64,000 nt of DNA from Dehalococcoidia bacterium (GTDB lineage: Bacteria; Chloroflexota; Dehalococcoidia; Plut-88900). Made by a program: the position numbers and the translations under genes. The DNA is taken from assembly GCA_965197585.1 (NCBI GenBank), contig OZ240215.1, positions 2,656,001 through 2,720,000 on the forward strand. Direction: 5' to 3'. The notes under the pieces are model-generated. The model was not told where the DNA came from. It saw only the letters and a program-made list of their open reading frames with translations, and made no database searches. Positions 62,109 through 64,000 of this stretch are shown here, piece by piece. The stretch's first letter is position 1. The number at the start of each line of letters is the position of its first letter.

Positions 62109-63512
62109 ATGTCCCCTAAAACGATGTTCGAGAAGATTTGGGATGCACATGTTGTGCACCAGGACCCGGGGCAGGACGCGATTCTGTACGTGGACCTTCA
62201 CCTGGTACACGAAGTTACGTCTCCGCAGGCTTTTGAAGGGCTGCGGTTGTCGGGGAGACCGGTGCGTCGGCCTGAGTTGACCGTTGCGACTGTCGACCAC
62301 TCCATTCCTACCTGGGAGCGTACGCGTCCTACGGAGGACCCTATCGCCGCGCAGCAGATCGCCACTATGCAGCAGAACGCGAAAGACAACCGTCTGCCGT
62401 TCTACGACATTCACAGCGACGGGCAGGGCATCGTCCACGTGATCGGGCCTCAGTTGGGATACACGAGGCCGGGAATGCTCATAGTATGCGGGGACAGTCA
62501 CACGTCAACACACGGGGCATTTGGGTCGATGGGCATGGCAATCGGGACTACGCAGGCCGAGCACGTTCTCGCCACGCAGTGCGTCCAGCAGGCCAACCTG
62601 AAGACGATGGAGGTGCGCCTGACGGGCAGCCTGCCCCCGGGGGTCGCCGCCAAGGACATCATCCTGGGCATCATCGGAGAGATAGGCATAGATGGGGCGA
62701 GTGGCTATGCAGTCGAGTACACGGGTGAGGCCATCCGGGGACTGTCGATGGAAGGTCGGATGACCGTGTGCAACATGTCAATTGAGGCGGGGGCTCGGAT
62801 CGGGATGGTTGCCCCGGACGAGACCACCTTCAACTATGTCAAAGGCCGACGGTTTGCACCCAAGGGCGACGCATGGGATGAGGCGGTCGAAAACTGGAAG
62901 AAGCTCCCGACCGACGCAGGTGCTGAGTACGACAGAGTTCTCGAAATCGACGCCTCTGCGATGGAGCCCTACGTGACCTGGGGTACGAACCCTGGAATGG
63001 TGGCTCGGGTGACGGGCAACGTACCGGACCCGGCATCAATGGACTCGCCTGTAGAAAAGGAAGCTACAGAACGGGCCCTGCACTACATGGGCCTGGAGCC
63101 CGGCGAGGCAATCGAAGAGATCAAGATAGACCGAGCCTTCATCGGCTCATGCACAAACTCCCGGATTGAGGACCTGCGCATTGCCGCCGAGGTTGCCAAG
63201 GGGCGCACAGTCGACCCAAAGGTGTACGCCATGGTGGTGCCGGGGTCGTGGGCGGTTAAGCGTCAGGCCGAAGAGGAAGGGCTCGACAGGATATTCAAGG
63301 ACGCGGGTTTCGACTGGCGGGAGGCGGGGTGCTCCATGTGCCTGGGCATGAACCCCGACATTCTGCAGCCCGGCGAACGCTGTGCCTCGACATCCAATCG
63401 CAACTTCGAAGGTCGGCAGGGCAAGGGGGGCAGGACTCATCTCGTTAGCCCCGCTATGGCTGCGGCTGCGGCGATTACCGGGCACTTCGTCGATATTCGG
63501 GAGTGGAAGTAG
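62109..63512 (+). CDS. leuC: 3-isopropylmalate dehydratase large subunit
   Basis: [41 protein letters not shown]. Confidence 0.97.
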   Translation: MSPKTMFEKIWDAHVVHQDPGQDAILYVDLHLVHEVTSPQAFEGLRLSGRPVRRPELTVATVDHSIPTWERTRPTEDPIAAQQIATMQQNAKDNRLPFYDIHSDGQGIVHVIGPQLGYTRPGMLIVCGDSHTSTHGAFGSMGMAIGTTQAEHVLATQCVQQANLKTMEVRLTGSLPPGVAAKDIILGIIGEIGIDGASGYAVEYTGEAIRGLSMEGRMTVCNMSIEAGARIGMVAPDETTFNYVKGRRFAPKGDAWDEAVENWKKLPTDAGAEYDRVLEIDASAMEPYVTWGTNPGMVARVTGNVPDPASMDSPVEKEATERALHYMGLEPGEAIEEIKIDRAFIGSCTNSRIEDLRIAAEVAKGRTVDPKVYAMVVPGSWAVKRQAEEEGLDRIFKDAGFDWREAGCSMCLGMNPDILQPGERCASTSNRNFEGRQGKGGRTHLVSPAMAAAAAITGHFVDIREWK

Positions 63513-63523
63513 GTGGACCCGAA

Positions 63524-63727
63524 ATGAAGGTCACGGTCGTCTTGGAACCCAGTGAGGAGGGTGGATACACCGTTTTCGTTCCAAACCTTCCGGGATGCAT
63601 CAGCCAAGGCGACACTCGTGAGGAGGCGTTGGGGAATATAAGGGAGGCCATTGAGTTGTACTTGGAGCTTACCGAACACGACTACACGATCGAGAAGAAC
63701 TCGGAAATAGTAGAACTGGCACTCTAA
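63524..63727 (+). CDS. hicB: Orphan HicB-like antitoxin
   Basis: EEGGYTV.VP.LPGCISQGDT.EEAL.NIREAIELYL. Confidence 0.85.
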   Translation: MKVTVVLEPSEEGGYTVFVPNLPGCISQGDTREEALGNIREAIELYLELTEHDYTIEKNSEIVELAL

Positions 63728-63782
63728 AGCGTACTTTAGTCAAGAATTGTGAAAGTATTTAGCCCCGAGGTCATTTGCAACC

Positions 63783-64000
63783 ATGCAACCATTCACCACG
63801 CATACCGCCAACGTAGCCGTCCTTGATCGCACGAACGTAGATACGGACCAGGTTATTCCGAAGCAGTTTCTGAAGCGCATTGAGCGCACGGGATATGGAG
63901 AGTTTCTATTCTTCGATTGGGGCCGTCTTGAAGACGGGAGCCCGAACCCCGACTTCGAGCTCAACGCGCCTCAATACCAAAATGCGGGCATCCTTGTTAC
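63783..64000 (+). CDS. leuD: 3-isopropylmalate dehydratase small subunit (partial)
   Basis: MQPF....[24 protein letters not shown]. Confidence 0.95.
   Translation, partial: MQPFTTHTANVAVLDRTNVDTDQVIPKQFLKRIERTGYGEFLFFDWGRLEDGSPNPDFELNAPQYQNAGILV

Overview
GC-rich bacterial chromosome segment. The gene content (SDR/LLM/MaoC expansions, T-box regulation, REP-rich spacers) suggests Chloroflexota, probably Dehalococcoidia/SAR202-like; this is inference. Positions 1-~11365 are the right part of an integrative element. It ends in a large serine recombinase whose reading frame runs into tRNA-Glu(TTC), and it carries an ImmR/ImmA-like switch, a Replic_Relax-type gene and a lower-GC four-gene cassette (DNA methyltransferase, unknown wHTH-like protein, P-loop ATPase, PIN nuclease) that looks like an unclassified defence system. 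The rest is mostly housekeeping: argC, nth, tldD/pmbA, tenA, split transketolase, a Trp T-box followed by trpE-(5 SDR genes)-trpGDCFB with no trpA, hpt, uvrA, leuS and leuC/leuD. It also holds one IS481 inserted in a REP and several intact or decayed toxin-antitoxin modules. The most unusual signal is a ~660-730 bp non-coding element present three times (~25105-25812, ~47123-47850, ~59037-59695). Each copy has a sigma70 promoter with a LexA-like box between -35 and -10, an SD sequence with no start codon, a conserved ~125-nt rod, and a long-range helix enclosing a different, highly structured 350-415 nt cassette. All calls come from reading the sequence; no database searches were run.
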